In this document: positions 19,281-27,496 of the stretch, piece after piece
Numbering within the stretch: position 1 is the stretch's first letter
Layout: each line of letters begins with the position of its first letter
DNA from: Butyrivibrio sp.
GTDB lineage: Bacteria; Bacillota; Clostridia; Lachnospirales; Lachnospiraceae
NCBI GenBank assembly: GCA_015056585.1
Contig: SVFZ01000120.1
Span: forward strand, 6,397 to 70,396
Direction of reading: 5' to 3'
DNA: 64,000 nucleotides
Notes under the pieces: model-generated
The model's database searches: none
Seen by the model: only the letters and a program-made list of their open reading frames with translations
Told to the model about the DNA's origin: nothing
Program-made: the position numbers and the translations under genes

Positions 19281-20165
19281 ATGGATCATATTACTAAGAA
19301 TGTATACAAAACACTTATAGACGGAAAGATAGACATTTTTAGAAAAACATATAGCGAATCTGCTGATGAACTTTTTAAGGAATATGAGCATGGAACAATA
19401 CTACATCCCGGTGAATATGGAATGTATCGCGAGAGGGCACTACATCAGTTGCTAAAAACGATTTTGAGTAAAGATTTTTCTGTGGGTGATGGATTCCTTA
19501 TAAATTCTAAAGGTGAAATCAGTACTCAGTGCGATGTCGTAATCTATAATTCAGCAATAGATGGGGTTACGCTTGACGGTGTGGCAAAATATTACCCCAT
19601 TGAAGAGGTTTTTGCGATTGGAGAAGTAAAATCTACGCTTGATAGAGCAAGTTTGAAAAAGGCGCTGCGAAAGCTTGCCCAGAATAAGATGATGACATTT
19701 GGAAGAGAGGACTTTACTAACAACAAAGTAAGTATCATCACTGACTGTATACTTCCAGCTTCTTTTCTGGTCTGTAAGAGTATTCGAGACATAAACACTC
19801 TGGATGATAACTATTTTGATGATGTATATGAAGGGGGGCCTTTAAAAGCGAGGCATAACATTATTCTTAGTCTGGATGAAGCATGTCTTAGCTATAGATT
19901 GACACTTGGAGAAGTGTTGGGAAATGGCTGTGAGGAGGAAACATCATGGCCACATGCTTTTATTAATGAGAATAAACTGATTCCCAAAACTATATATGCT
20001 GAAGGTATGCCAAGAAACTTTCATGTGTATATATTCCTTGGCTCATTGCGAAATGCGATTGAAACAATTGAGAAAGTTGAGTTTCCGTTTCTTGAGTACT
20101 TAGGGGTAAGGAATGAAAAGTTTGATGAAACATTGCGCAAAGCACGAGAGAGCACTGGCATTTGA
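19281..20165 (+). CDS. DUF6602-like PD-(D/E)XK-fold protein
   Basis: HPGEYG..RE, GFLIN...STQCDVVIY, AIGEVKSTL. Confidence 0.65.
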   Translation: MDHITKNVYKTLIDGKIDIFRKTYSESADELFKEYEHGTILHPGEYGMYRERALHQLLKTILSKDFSVGDGFLINSKGEISTQCDVVIYNSAIDGVTLDGVAKYYPIEEVFAIGEVKSTLDRASLKKALRKLAQNKMMTFGREDFTNNKVSIITDCILPASFLVCKSIRDINTLDDNYFDDVYEGGPLKARHNIILSLDEACLSYRLTLGEVLGNGCEEETSWPHAFINENKLIPKTIYAEGMPRNFHVYIFLGSLRNAIETIEKVEFPFLEYLGVRNEKFDETLRKARESTGI

Positions 20166-20307
20166 AACCGTATGACTATCAACACTCAAGGACAATCAAC
20201 CAACTGATTCAGGTGCCTGTCACCGCTCAAAGATAATCAATTTGTATGAGTGTTATGGAAGCCAGCAGCTCTTTTACCAACCCATGTGATTGTGGCTTGG
20301 AGATAAT

Positions 20308-20335
20308 AAAAACGGCCTGCCATAGCAGACCGCGT
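20308..20335 (-). terminator. Terminator of Rpn gene; palindrome copy 2
   Basis: Minus strand GCGGTCTGC-TATG-GCAGGCCG-TTTTT directly after the stop codon. Confidence 0.7.
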
Positions 20336-20338
20336 ATT

Positions 20339-21160
20339 TTACTCAGGCTTGATGCCGTTATCTTCAAGAAGCTTGCGAAGGCGATTGTTCTCATCGGAAA
20401 GAGATTTGTTTTCGGAGGTAAGAGACTTGATTTTCTCTTGTTGATATTTTTCATGAGCAATGTTGTCTTCACGGATTCGGCATTGTTCCAGGATTTTCCT
20501 ATCAGCGGTAGACATGAAAATAGCTTCGGCAGTGGAATTCAGTGATGGATTGTTCTGTGTTATCATCTTGATTTCCTCCCATGTAGTTGCTTTGAAGAGC
20601 TTGGCCCAGGTATCTACGCCATAGCGTTTATCTTCCTTGGTTGCCATGTTTGTATGCTTTAATTCTACCACGAACAGGTTGAACTTGTCAGTATAGAGAT
20701 ATCCATCGATAGCGTTTCGCACTTGATACTTGGCAAAAAATTCCGGATGCCCATCAAACAGAGTGAAATCCAGAAAGGAAATGTGATATACGGGATGAGT
20801 GGAACTATAATCTTCGCCTCGGGCAATCGAATCGAATTTCCTGCAAAGGTAGGAAAGTGAGCGCATATTCCAATTGTGGTAATTAACTACCTGCATTTCG
20901 AGATTAATTGTGATATTGCCATTCAGTATTACTACAATGTCCAGTTGATACTCCTTGTTGTTTATTGATTCGCCTGGTTCTATGGGATTGTCGATGACAG
21001 CATCAATTACTTGACTTCTGCTCAGGTGCAAAAGAGCACAGATCAGGTTTATCAGTGTTTCCTTATCTCTTTGCAGAACCATTCTGAAGAGATAATCGTT
21101 TGTCAAAGTGTACTTCAAAGCCCCAGTGGCTTTTACGTACTGGTAGTTATTTTTTTTCAA
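20339..21160 (-). CDS. Rpn/YhgA-like recombination-promoting nuclease (PD-(D/E)XK 'putative transposase')
   Basis: LTNDYLFRMV, LDIVVILN...INLEMQV, RSLSYL, VYHISFLDF; TTG start; in-frame internal RBS+ATG at 20566. Confidence 0.85.
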   Translation of the reverse strand: MKKNNYQYVKATGALKYTLTNDYLFRMVLQRDKETLINLICALLHLSRSQVIDAVIDNPIEPGESINNKEYQLDIVVILNGNITINLEMQVVNYHNWNMRSLSYLCRKFDSIARGEDYSSTHPVYHISFLDFTLFDGHPEFFAKYQVRNAIDGYLYTDKFNLFVVELKHTNMATKEDKRYGVDTWAKLFKATTWEEIKMITQNNPSLNSTAEAIFMSTADRKILEQCRIREDNIAHEKYQQEKIKSLTSENKSLSDENNRLRKLLEDNGIKPE

Positions 21161-21335
21161 TTATGTACCTTCTTTCTATGATGCATTTCTTATTTCATAA
21201 GCCTGTGTGTGGAGCTTATGGGCGATGCGCCCTTGAAATAAAGATGTAACTTTTGGACGGTCAGAATGACCGCAACGAAACGTAATATAACACAGTTTGA
21301 AATCGAACGTCAATCGAACAAATTCGAAAGATTTC

Positions 21336-21370
21336 TGGGCGTTTTCTTAAGAATTTAACGGTATTGCGTA
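21336..21370 (+). repeat. ~36 bp imperfect direct repeat, copy 2
   Basis: See 9184-9219; contains TTCTTAAGAA palindrome. Confidence 0.65.
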
Positions 21371-21430
21371 AAAATTATGAAGGGCCTGGGAAGTGGTTAG
21401 ATGCCTATTTCCACACTACTTTTGCACCTT

Positions 21431-21506
21431 GGCAATTTCATACTTTACATTAGAATTACGAACTCCTGATGTAAGGTATGAAATTGCCGGATATCAGGAG
21501 TTTTTT
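21431..21506 (+). promoter_or_regulatory. Overlapping mutually exclusive hairpins (attenuator-like) before wzm
   Basis: 21431-50 pairs with 21469-88 (19/20 plus a G-U); 21461-70 pairs with 21493-21502, covering the AGGAG RBS and followed by a T run. Confidence 0.6.
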
Positions 21507-22286
21507 ATGCTTACAGATATTAAGAACATCTGGATATTCAGGGACATGATATATGAGCTGACACACAGGGAACTGCGAGGGAAGTACAAGGGATCGGTCA
21601 TGGGATTCTTGTGGACGTACATAAACCCATTGATGCAGATTCTGGTGTATGCCTTTGTCTTTTCCCAGATATTCAGGAGCGGGATTGAGAAGTTTCATTT
21701 GTATCTGATTGTGAGTATGTTTCCGTTTAACTTTTTTACCGGAGGCGTTATTCAGGGGCTTGGCTCCATCAGATATCAGGGGGATCTGGTAAAAAAAGTA
21801 TATTTCCCAAGGCAGATACTGCCTATAGTCTCACTGACAGTGAATTTTGTGAACATGCTGATATCTTTTCTTATTATATACAGTATTCTCCTGGTGTCGG
21901 GCTGGGGGATAAACCTGCGTATTCAGGGGTGGCTGATTCCTGTCATGGTAATCGAGTACTTTTTTGCCCTGGGACTTGCCCTGCTGCTATCTGCGGTGGA
22001 AGTGTATTTCAGGGATGTAGAGCATATTGTTACGGTTCTCATGATGGTGTGGATGTATGTTACGCCGATGTTCTATAGCATTGAGATAGTCCCGGAGAAA
22101 TTTCTGAAGTTTTTTTACTGGAATCCGATGCTATACATAATCAGCTTATATCAGCAGATTCTGTATTACAAGGTGGTACCGGACATGACTTACATGGCAA
22201 AGGCTGCCGGGTTTGCGGCACTGGTGATAGTAATTGGGAGTGTCGTGTTCAAGCTGCTTGAGAAGCGGTTTGCGGAGGAACTGTAA
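21507..22286 (+). CDS. wzm: Polysaccharide ABC exporter permease
   Basis: RELRGKYKGSVMGFLWTYINPL, LVKKVYFPR, YFRDVEH, WMYVTPMFY, NPM; start at ATG 21507. Confidence 0.92.
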   Translation: MLTDIKNIWIFRDMIYELTHRELRGKYKGSVMGFLWTYINPLMQILVYAFVFSQIFRSGIEKFHLYLIVSMFPFNFFTGGVIQGLGSIRYQGDLVKKVYFPRQILPIVSLTVNFVNMLISFLIIYSILLVSGWGINLRIQGWLIPVMVIEYFFALGLALLLSAVEVYFRDVEHIVTVLMMVWMYVTPMFYSIEIVPEKFLKFFYWNPMLYIISLYQQILYYKVVPDMTYMAKAAGFAALVIVIGSVVFKLLEKRFAEEL

Positions 22287-24329
22287 TTGCCTGAGAAAGA
22301 CATAATTATAGAAGTTAATGATGTTTACAAGAATTTCAGAGTCTACTTTGACAAAGGAAGTATGCTTAAGGAACACTTTGTAAATCCCGGGCGTTCAAGG
22401 TATGAAGAGAGAGAAATTCTTAAGGGGATTTCATTTAAAGTGTACAGGGGTGAGACTCTGGCACTTATTGGACAGAACGGGTGCGGAAAGTCTACAACCC
22501 TTAAGATGTTGACGAAAATTCTTTATCCAAATAAAGGGAGCGTAACGGTAAACGGCAAGGTGTCGAGCCTTATCGAGCTTGGAGCCGGTTTCCACCCTGA
22601 CATGAGCGGTAGGGAAAATATCTATATTAATGCGTCAATTCTTGGGATTAAGAAGGAAGAAGTTGATAAGAGGATTGATGAGATTATAAGGTTTTCTGAA
22701 CTGGAGGAGTTCATCGACAATCCCATCAGGACTTATTCCTCCGGAATGTATATGAGACTGGCATTTTCTGTTGCTATTAATGTGGATGCGGATATTTTGC
22801 TGATTGATGAAATTTTAGCAGTTGGAGATCAGGCATTTCAGGAGAAGTGCATAAGAAAACTCGAAGAATTGCGGGCTACGGGCGTCACTGTTGTATTAGT
22901 ATCCCATTCCATGGGACAGATAAAAGAGATTGCAGACAGATGCATTTGGATTGAGGGTGGACAGATTCGGGAAGATGGTGATACGGAAACTGTTTGTAAT
23001 CACTATGAAGAAGCCATGACTAGACGCCGCGAAGAAAGGGATGAGCTAGAGGAAGAACAGCGTCAATCTGCGAATGAAAAGCCGGTAGAATTTACAAGTA
23101 ATAATATTTCTTCTATAGATAAGGAAACAAAACGAAAAATACGTAAAACAGAAAGAGAAAGATTGCTCCAAGAACGAAGGGAGTGGCAGAAGGCTTTTTC
23201 CGTTAAATGGCAGGGCGGTGGAAGTCAGGGAAAACCGTTAGCTGTTGTAGCCATGATAGCATTGATGGTTCTTTTGTCTGTGTGCACAGAAGTGTTCATG
23301 ATTGGATACAAAAATCTGCTCGCAGCGGGCGAAGAAATTGGGATTGAAGCGGTTATGCCTTTGATCGAGAGCTCTCTTCTTATGCGGATTCTCGGATATG
23401 GATTTTTTACGCTTGGAAGAATATCTATGCCGATGCTGTTGATATTGCTTGGATTTGAAATATTGCCAGGAGATTATAGTAGCGGCGATAGTATTATCCA
23501 TTATTATAAGAAGACTTTCATTCCCTTTGTGATTATATGGGAAGTCTGGGTGGTCATTTACAATGTGTTTCTGTATTTCTGGGAAGGAAAAGTGCTGGAC
23601 CCGGTTTCATGGCTGAAAGAAGCTCTTTTGATAAAGTATGTGGACTTAAGTCATGCTTGGATGTTTAGGTTTGTGTTGATGTTCATGCTGATAGCGCCTT
23701 TTGTGGCGATGGTATTGCAGATGTTCAGCGTGGGATTACTGAGGTTTTTTATGCTTATAGTTTGGGTACTTATATTTCTTTTTCCGGGGCTTGACCTGTA
23801 TGGACAGGCTAATGGTGGAGATATGAGCTTTCCCCAGTCTCTGGGCACATTTTGCTATTTTTATTATTTTTGCCTGGGGTTCTATATTTCTAGATATGTT
23901 CAGAGGATTTTCAAGGGCAGCAGGGAAGTACTTTTCTTTATAGCAGCGTTTGTGCTGACTACATGGTCGCAAATTTTTTTGGAGGATAGAGGAATTGATT
24001 ATTTGGTAAAACCTACGTATTTTGGAATATCTGTGATGGCGCTGTTTGGCTTTGATCTGCTGGTAAGGTTCAAGGTGGAAGATATGTATCCCAAGTTAAG
24101 TGCTATATTCAGGGATGTGGCCGGGTGTGCAAAGGAAATGATATTTATATTTGTACCGGTTCAGATGGTGCTTACCAGGCATGTGTTCCATGTTTGGCAA
24201 GTGCAGGAGAGCAGAAGTGTAGCTATGGCAATTCTTATGACTATTGGATTGTGGATTGTGACATTTGCAGTGAGTTTTGTGGCAGCTCATTGCATGAGGA
24301 AAATTTCTAAGATATTTGCAAAGGACTAG
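22287..24329 (+). CDS. wzt: Polysaccharide ABC ATPase fused to an acyltransferase-3-like membrane domain
   Basis: GQNGCGKST, ELGAGFHPDMSGREN, YSSGMYMRLAFS, DEILAVGD; continuous ORF into RISMPMLL..YYKK..IPF..W..HAW membrane domain. Confidence 0.85.
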   Translation: MPEKDIIIEVNDVYKNFRVYFDKGSMLKEHFVNPGRSRYEEREILKGISFKVYRGETLALIGQNGCGKSTTLKMLTKILYPNKGSVTVNGKVSSLIELGAGFHPDMSGRENIYINASILGIKKEEVDKRIDEIIRFSELEEFIDNPIRTYSSGMYMRLAFSVAINVDADILLIDEILAVGDQAFQEKCIRKLEELRATGVTVVLVSHSMGQIKEIADRCIWIEGGQIREDGDTETVCNHYEEAMTRRREERDELEEEQRQSANEKPVEFTSNNISSIDKETKRKIRKTERERLLQERREWQKAFSVKWQGGGSQGKPLAVVAMIALMVLLSVCTEVFMIGYKNLLAAGEEIGIEAVMPLIESSLLMRILGYGFFTLGRISMPMLLILLGFEILPGDYSSGDSIIHYYKKTFIPFVIIWEVWVVIYNVFLYFWEGKVLDPVSWLKEALLIKYVDLSHAWMFRFVLMFMLIAPFVAMVLQMFSVGLLRFFMLIVWVLIFLFPGLDLYGQANGGDMSFPQSLGTFCYFYYFCLGFYISRYVQRIFKGSREVLFFIAAFVLTTWSQIFLEDRGIDYLVKPTYFGISVMALFGFDLLVRFKVEDMYPKLSAIFRDVAGCAKEMIFIFVPVQMVLTRHVFHVWQVQESRSVAMAILMTIGLWIVTFAVSFVAAHCMRKISKIFAKD

Positions 24330-24372
24330 TGAGCACTTGATTATAATTCTAAGATAAGCGGGAGAGTAACAG

Positions 24373-24831
24373 ATGAAGAGTGGCAAGCGAAAGAATATTA
24401 CACAACCTGATATGACCCTCGCAGAGCTCCTTAGGCAACTTAGGATAGATGCGGGGTATAAGCAGAAAGACATAGCTAGGATTTTAGGAATTAAGCCGGT
24501 GACATGTTCTGCCTATGAAAGTGGACGTATAGCACCGACCACCGAAAAACTTGTGGCTCTTGCGAAATTATATGAAGTGGATTTATCTCTTTTTACAGAG
24601 AAAATTGGAGTGGACGGCGGAAAGGGCGAAGACTCTTTGAAGAAGGGAGCAGCCCCATTTGAAGTTTCTGCAGATACAAAGGGGATGAAACACCTCAAGG
24701 AACTTGACGAGTACAGGGATTATATCGCTAAGGCCGATGAGCTGCTCTATTACTTCAAAAACCTGTCATCGAATCAAAGGGATATGGTCTTTGATCTTGT
24801 TAAGGCATTGTATTTGGATAAGAGAGCGTGA
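24373..24831 (+). CDS. XRE-family HTH regulator
   Basis: LRIDAGYKQKDIARILGIKPVTCSAYESGRIAPTTEKLVALA. Confidence 0.88.
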   Translation: MKSGKRKNITQPDMTLAELLRQLRIDAGYKQKDIARILGIKPVTCSAYESGRIAPTTEKLVALAKLYEVDLSLFTEKIGVDGGKGEDSLKKGAAPFEVSADTKGMKHLKELDEYRDYIAKADELLYYFKNLSSNQRDMVFDLVKALYLDKRA

Positions 24832-24879
24832 TTGTATGGTATGACTGATCGGACTCTTGGAGATAGTATATGCGTTAGT

Positions 24880-24914
24880 AAAGCGGTCTGCCTTTAATTT
24901 TGACAGACCGCTTT
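24880..24914. terminator. Probable bidirectional terminator; palindrome copy 3
   Basis: AAAGCGGTCTG...CAGACCGCTTT between convergent XRE and cheR. Confidence 0.7.
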
Positions 24915-24967
24915 GATCCTTCGGGGATTATTATCTTTTATTCTTTCACAAGCTTTTTTCCCAGTCC

Positions 24968-25753
24968 TTATTCCATAGGCTTTTCGTAGTAGAAAGAGTT
25001 CTTTCTTACAAATCCGATATCCTTATAGTTTACAATCTGCTCTGTACTTCCGATAAAGAGGATTCCACCGGGCTTAAGGTTAGCATAATACTTTCTGAAA
25101 ATATCGTCCTTAGCTTCCTCGGTGAAGTAGATAAGAACGTTTCTGCAGACGATTAAGTGACAATCCTTTGGATAGGGATCTCTTAAAAGATCGGCCTGCT
25201 TGAAGGTAACGCGGGATGTGATCTCGCTTGATACTTTCATCTTGCCGTCCGGAGTTTCTGTAAAGTACTTCTTTTTAAACTCATCCGGAACATTGGCAAC
25301 TTCCTTTTTATCATAGATAGCAGCCTTTGCCTTGGCAAGAACAACAGCGTCAAGGTCAGTTGCGTAAACATTTATCTGATTAAGCGGGATGTGCTTAGAT
25401 AGCATCATTACGATTGTGTATGGCTCATCACCGGTTGAGCAGGCTGCGCTCCAGATCTTTAGGTTCTTACCAAATTTTCCAATCAGCTCAGGAACCATTT
25501 CTTTATCCATGAGATTCCACTGATCCATATTTCTAAAGAACTCCGAAACATTGATGGTAAGGTAGGTTACAAAAGAATCCAGGGCCTCTCTGTCTTTTTT
25601 TATCAGAGCCAGAAAGCCGTCATAGCCTTTTACCGCATATTTGCCGATAAGAGTATCGATTCTTCTTTTCATCTGCTTTTCTTTATAAGCATTGAGGTCT
25701 ATTTTTGTGAGATCATATACACCTTTTTTAAACCACTCGTAATCGTATTCCAT
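24968..25753 (-). CDS. cheR: Chemotaxis protein-glutamate methyltransferase
   Basis: TINVSEFFR, IWSAACSTGDEPYT, ATDLD, CRNVLIYF. Confidence 0.95.
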   Translation of the reverse strand: MEYDYEWFKKGVYDLTKIDLNAYKEKQMKRRIDTLIGKYAVKGYDGFLALIKKDREALDSFVTYLTINVSEFFRNMDQWNLMDKEMVPELIGKFGKNLKIWSAACSTGDEPYTIVMMLSKHIPLNQINVYATDLDAVVLAKAKAAIYDKKEVANVPDEFKKKYFTETPDGKMKVSSEITSRVTFKQADLLRDPYPKDCHLIVCRNVLIYFTEEAKDDIFRKYYANLKPGGILFIGSTEQIVNYKDIGFVRKNSFYYEKPME

Positions 25754-26108
25754 GAATGCATCTTCCTCCTGTTAACAGACTATTCTCATACAACACACAA
25801 TAAAGAATGTTTGAACATGATAGTATTTTGTGCATATAGGCACACTTCTATTTTATATTAGCTGTAGGTGCATGTAAAATAAAATAAATATAAACCATAT
25901 GCCGTAAATATAAAGGCTGCTGACGGATAAGTGATGATTATTTGTTGTAACCTTGCGACAATATTGGAATTGTGAAGACTGTGCAGGGTTTGGTATAATG
26001 TAATTCGTTAGGGGATTTCATTTTTCTTTTTATTTTCGAAGGGTACTCAGCAAATGGGCATAGCGTTTGCTGATACGCCTGATCAATAATTGAAAGTGAG
26101 TGGGGAAT

Positions 26109-27293
26109 ATGATTAAGACCAGTGAAGAATTCATGCTATCTGACAGCACATATGTCGATTCTCTTCCGGAACTTCTTGGATGCAACAAAGAAGAGATCCT
26201 TTTTCTTGATATTGAAACTACGGGACTTTCTCCCAAAAATTCAGACATTTATTTGATAGGAGTTGCATATTTTCAAAAACATACCTGGCATGTATGCCAG
26301 TATTTTGCGGAGAGTGCTGAGCATGAAAACGAGATATTAAAGGATTTTGCTGCACTTGCAAAAAGTTTTAGATATGCTATCCATTATAACGGTGACAGAT
26401 TCGATGTTCCGTTTCTCCAGGCTAAATTTGAGAAGTATGAAATGGATGATCCTTTTAGGGGACTTCGTTCCTATGATCTGTATAAGGCAGTATCGCCCTA
26501 CAAGGAACAGCTTGGTCTTCCTGACTGTAAACAAAAGACAGTGGAATTATACCTTGGCATAAACAGAGAGGACAAATATGATGGCGGCAAGTTGATAAAG
26601 GTGTACAAGGAATATGTGCTTACAAAAAGCCCTGACCTTTTAAAACTGCTTCTTTTGCATAATCTTGAAGATGTAAAAGGAATGTTTGGATTGCTTCCAA
26701 TGCTTCAGTATCAAGAGTTCTTCGGGCGCTTTAGGAATTTGCCAAAGGTTTCTATCAGAACCGATGAAGAACTGGTTGATTCTGACTATGATTACGAGCT
26801 TCCGCTCAGAGCCAGAAAGGTTCAGGCCAATTACTACGAGGATTATGATGGCAGGAAGAAAACAGAGGTTTACATGAAACTTGAATTGCCTGTTGCATTG
26901 CCATCCTCACTGTCCGGAAATCTTGATAACTGCTATTTCAAGATCGTAGGAAACGAAGCTACGCTCAGGGTTCCGCTTTATGAAACCGAGCTTAAATACT
27001 ACTACTCCAATTACAAGGATTACTATTATCTGCCTCATGAAGATATGGCAATCCATAAATCTATTGCTTCATTTGTGGACAAGGCTTACCGCGAGAAGGC
27101 TACACCCGAGAACTGCTATACCAAGAAGGAAGGCCAGTATCTGCTTGAGTGGGACCTGGTTTTTGCGCCATTCTTTAAGACTGACTATGAGGACAAGCGA
27201 TTTTTCTTCGACCTGAATGAAAATATGAAGAAGAGCCGTTTTGCCATGAGCCTGTATGCCTGCCACGTGATTGCACACGTGCTGGAGCTGTGA
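26109..27293 (+). CDS. YprB-like RNase H-fold (DEDD) exonuclease domain protein
   Basis: FLDIETTGLS, HYNGDRFDVPFL, KQKTVE..LGINRED, HNLEDV. Confidence 0.85.
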   Translation: MIKTSEEFMLSDSTYVDSLPELLGCNKEEILFLDIETTGLSPKNSDIYLIGVAYFQKHTWHVCQYFAESAEHENEILKDFAALAKSFRYAIHYNGDRFDVPFLQAKFEKYEMDDPFRGLRSYDLYKAVSPYKEQLGLPDCKQKTVELYLGINREDKYDGGKLIKVYKEYVLTKSPDLLKLLLLHNLEDVKGMFGLLPMLQYQEFFGRFRNLPKVSIRTDEELVDSDYDYELPLRARKVQANYYEDYDGRKKTEVYMKLELPVALPSSLSGNLDNCYFKIVGNEATLRVPLYETELKYYYSNYKDYYYLPHEDMAIHKSIASFVDKAYREKATPENCYTKKEGQYLLEWDLVFAPFFKTDYEDKRFFFDLNENMKKSRFAMSLYACHVIAHVLEL

Positions 27294-27496
27294 TGGACAG
27301 GGAGAGATTGGAAAGGTTTGTTGATGCGAGTCAGCACACTAGTCTTTTCTACGAAAAAAAGTTATAATTATTATGTTGGGTTGTTACAATTTGCCAAAAG
27401 GCTAATAAATGGAATTACGCAGATTGTAACTGGTTTCCATCCCAAATATTCATTTGGGATACAATTTTCTAAATAAAATCGAAAGAAGGGTAGGAA

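Noticed and set aside
20339-21160. IS element or active transposase
   Set aside because: No terminal inverted repeats or target duplication; Rpn proteins are not demonstrated transposases
21301-21330. LexA (Cheo) box
   Set aside because: GAAC half-sites lack the GAAC-N4-GTTC spacing
25860-25910. Sigma-28 promoter for cheR
   Set aside because: The TAAA...GCCGTAAA match is on the wrong strand and mis-spaced
27382-27400. Rex operator before rnfC
   Set aside because: Only the left half matches TTGTTA; the right half is too divergent
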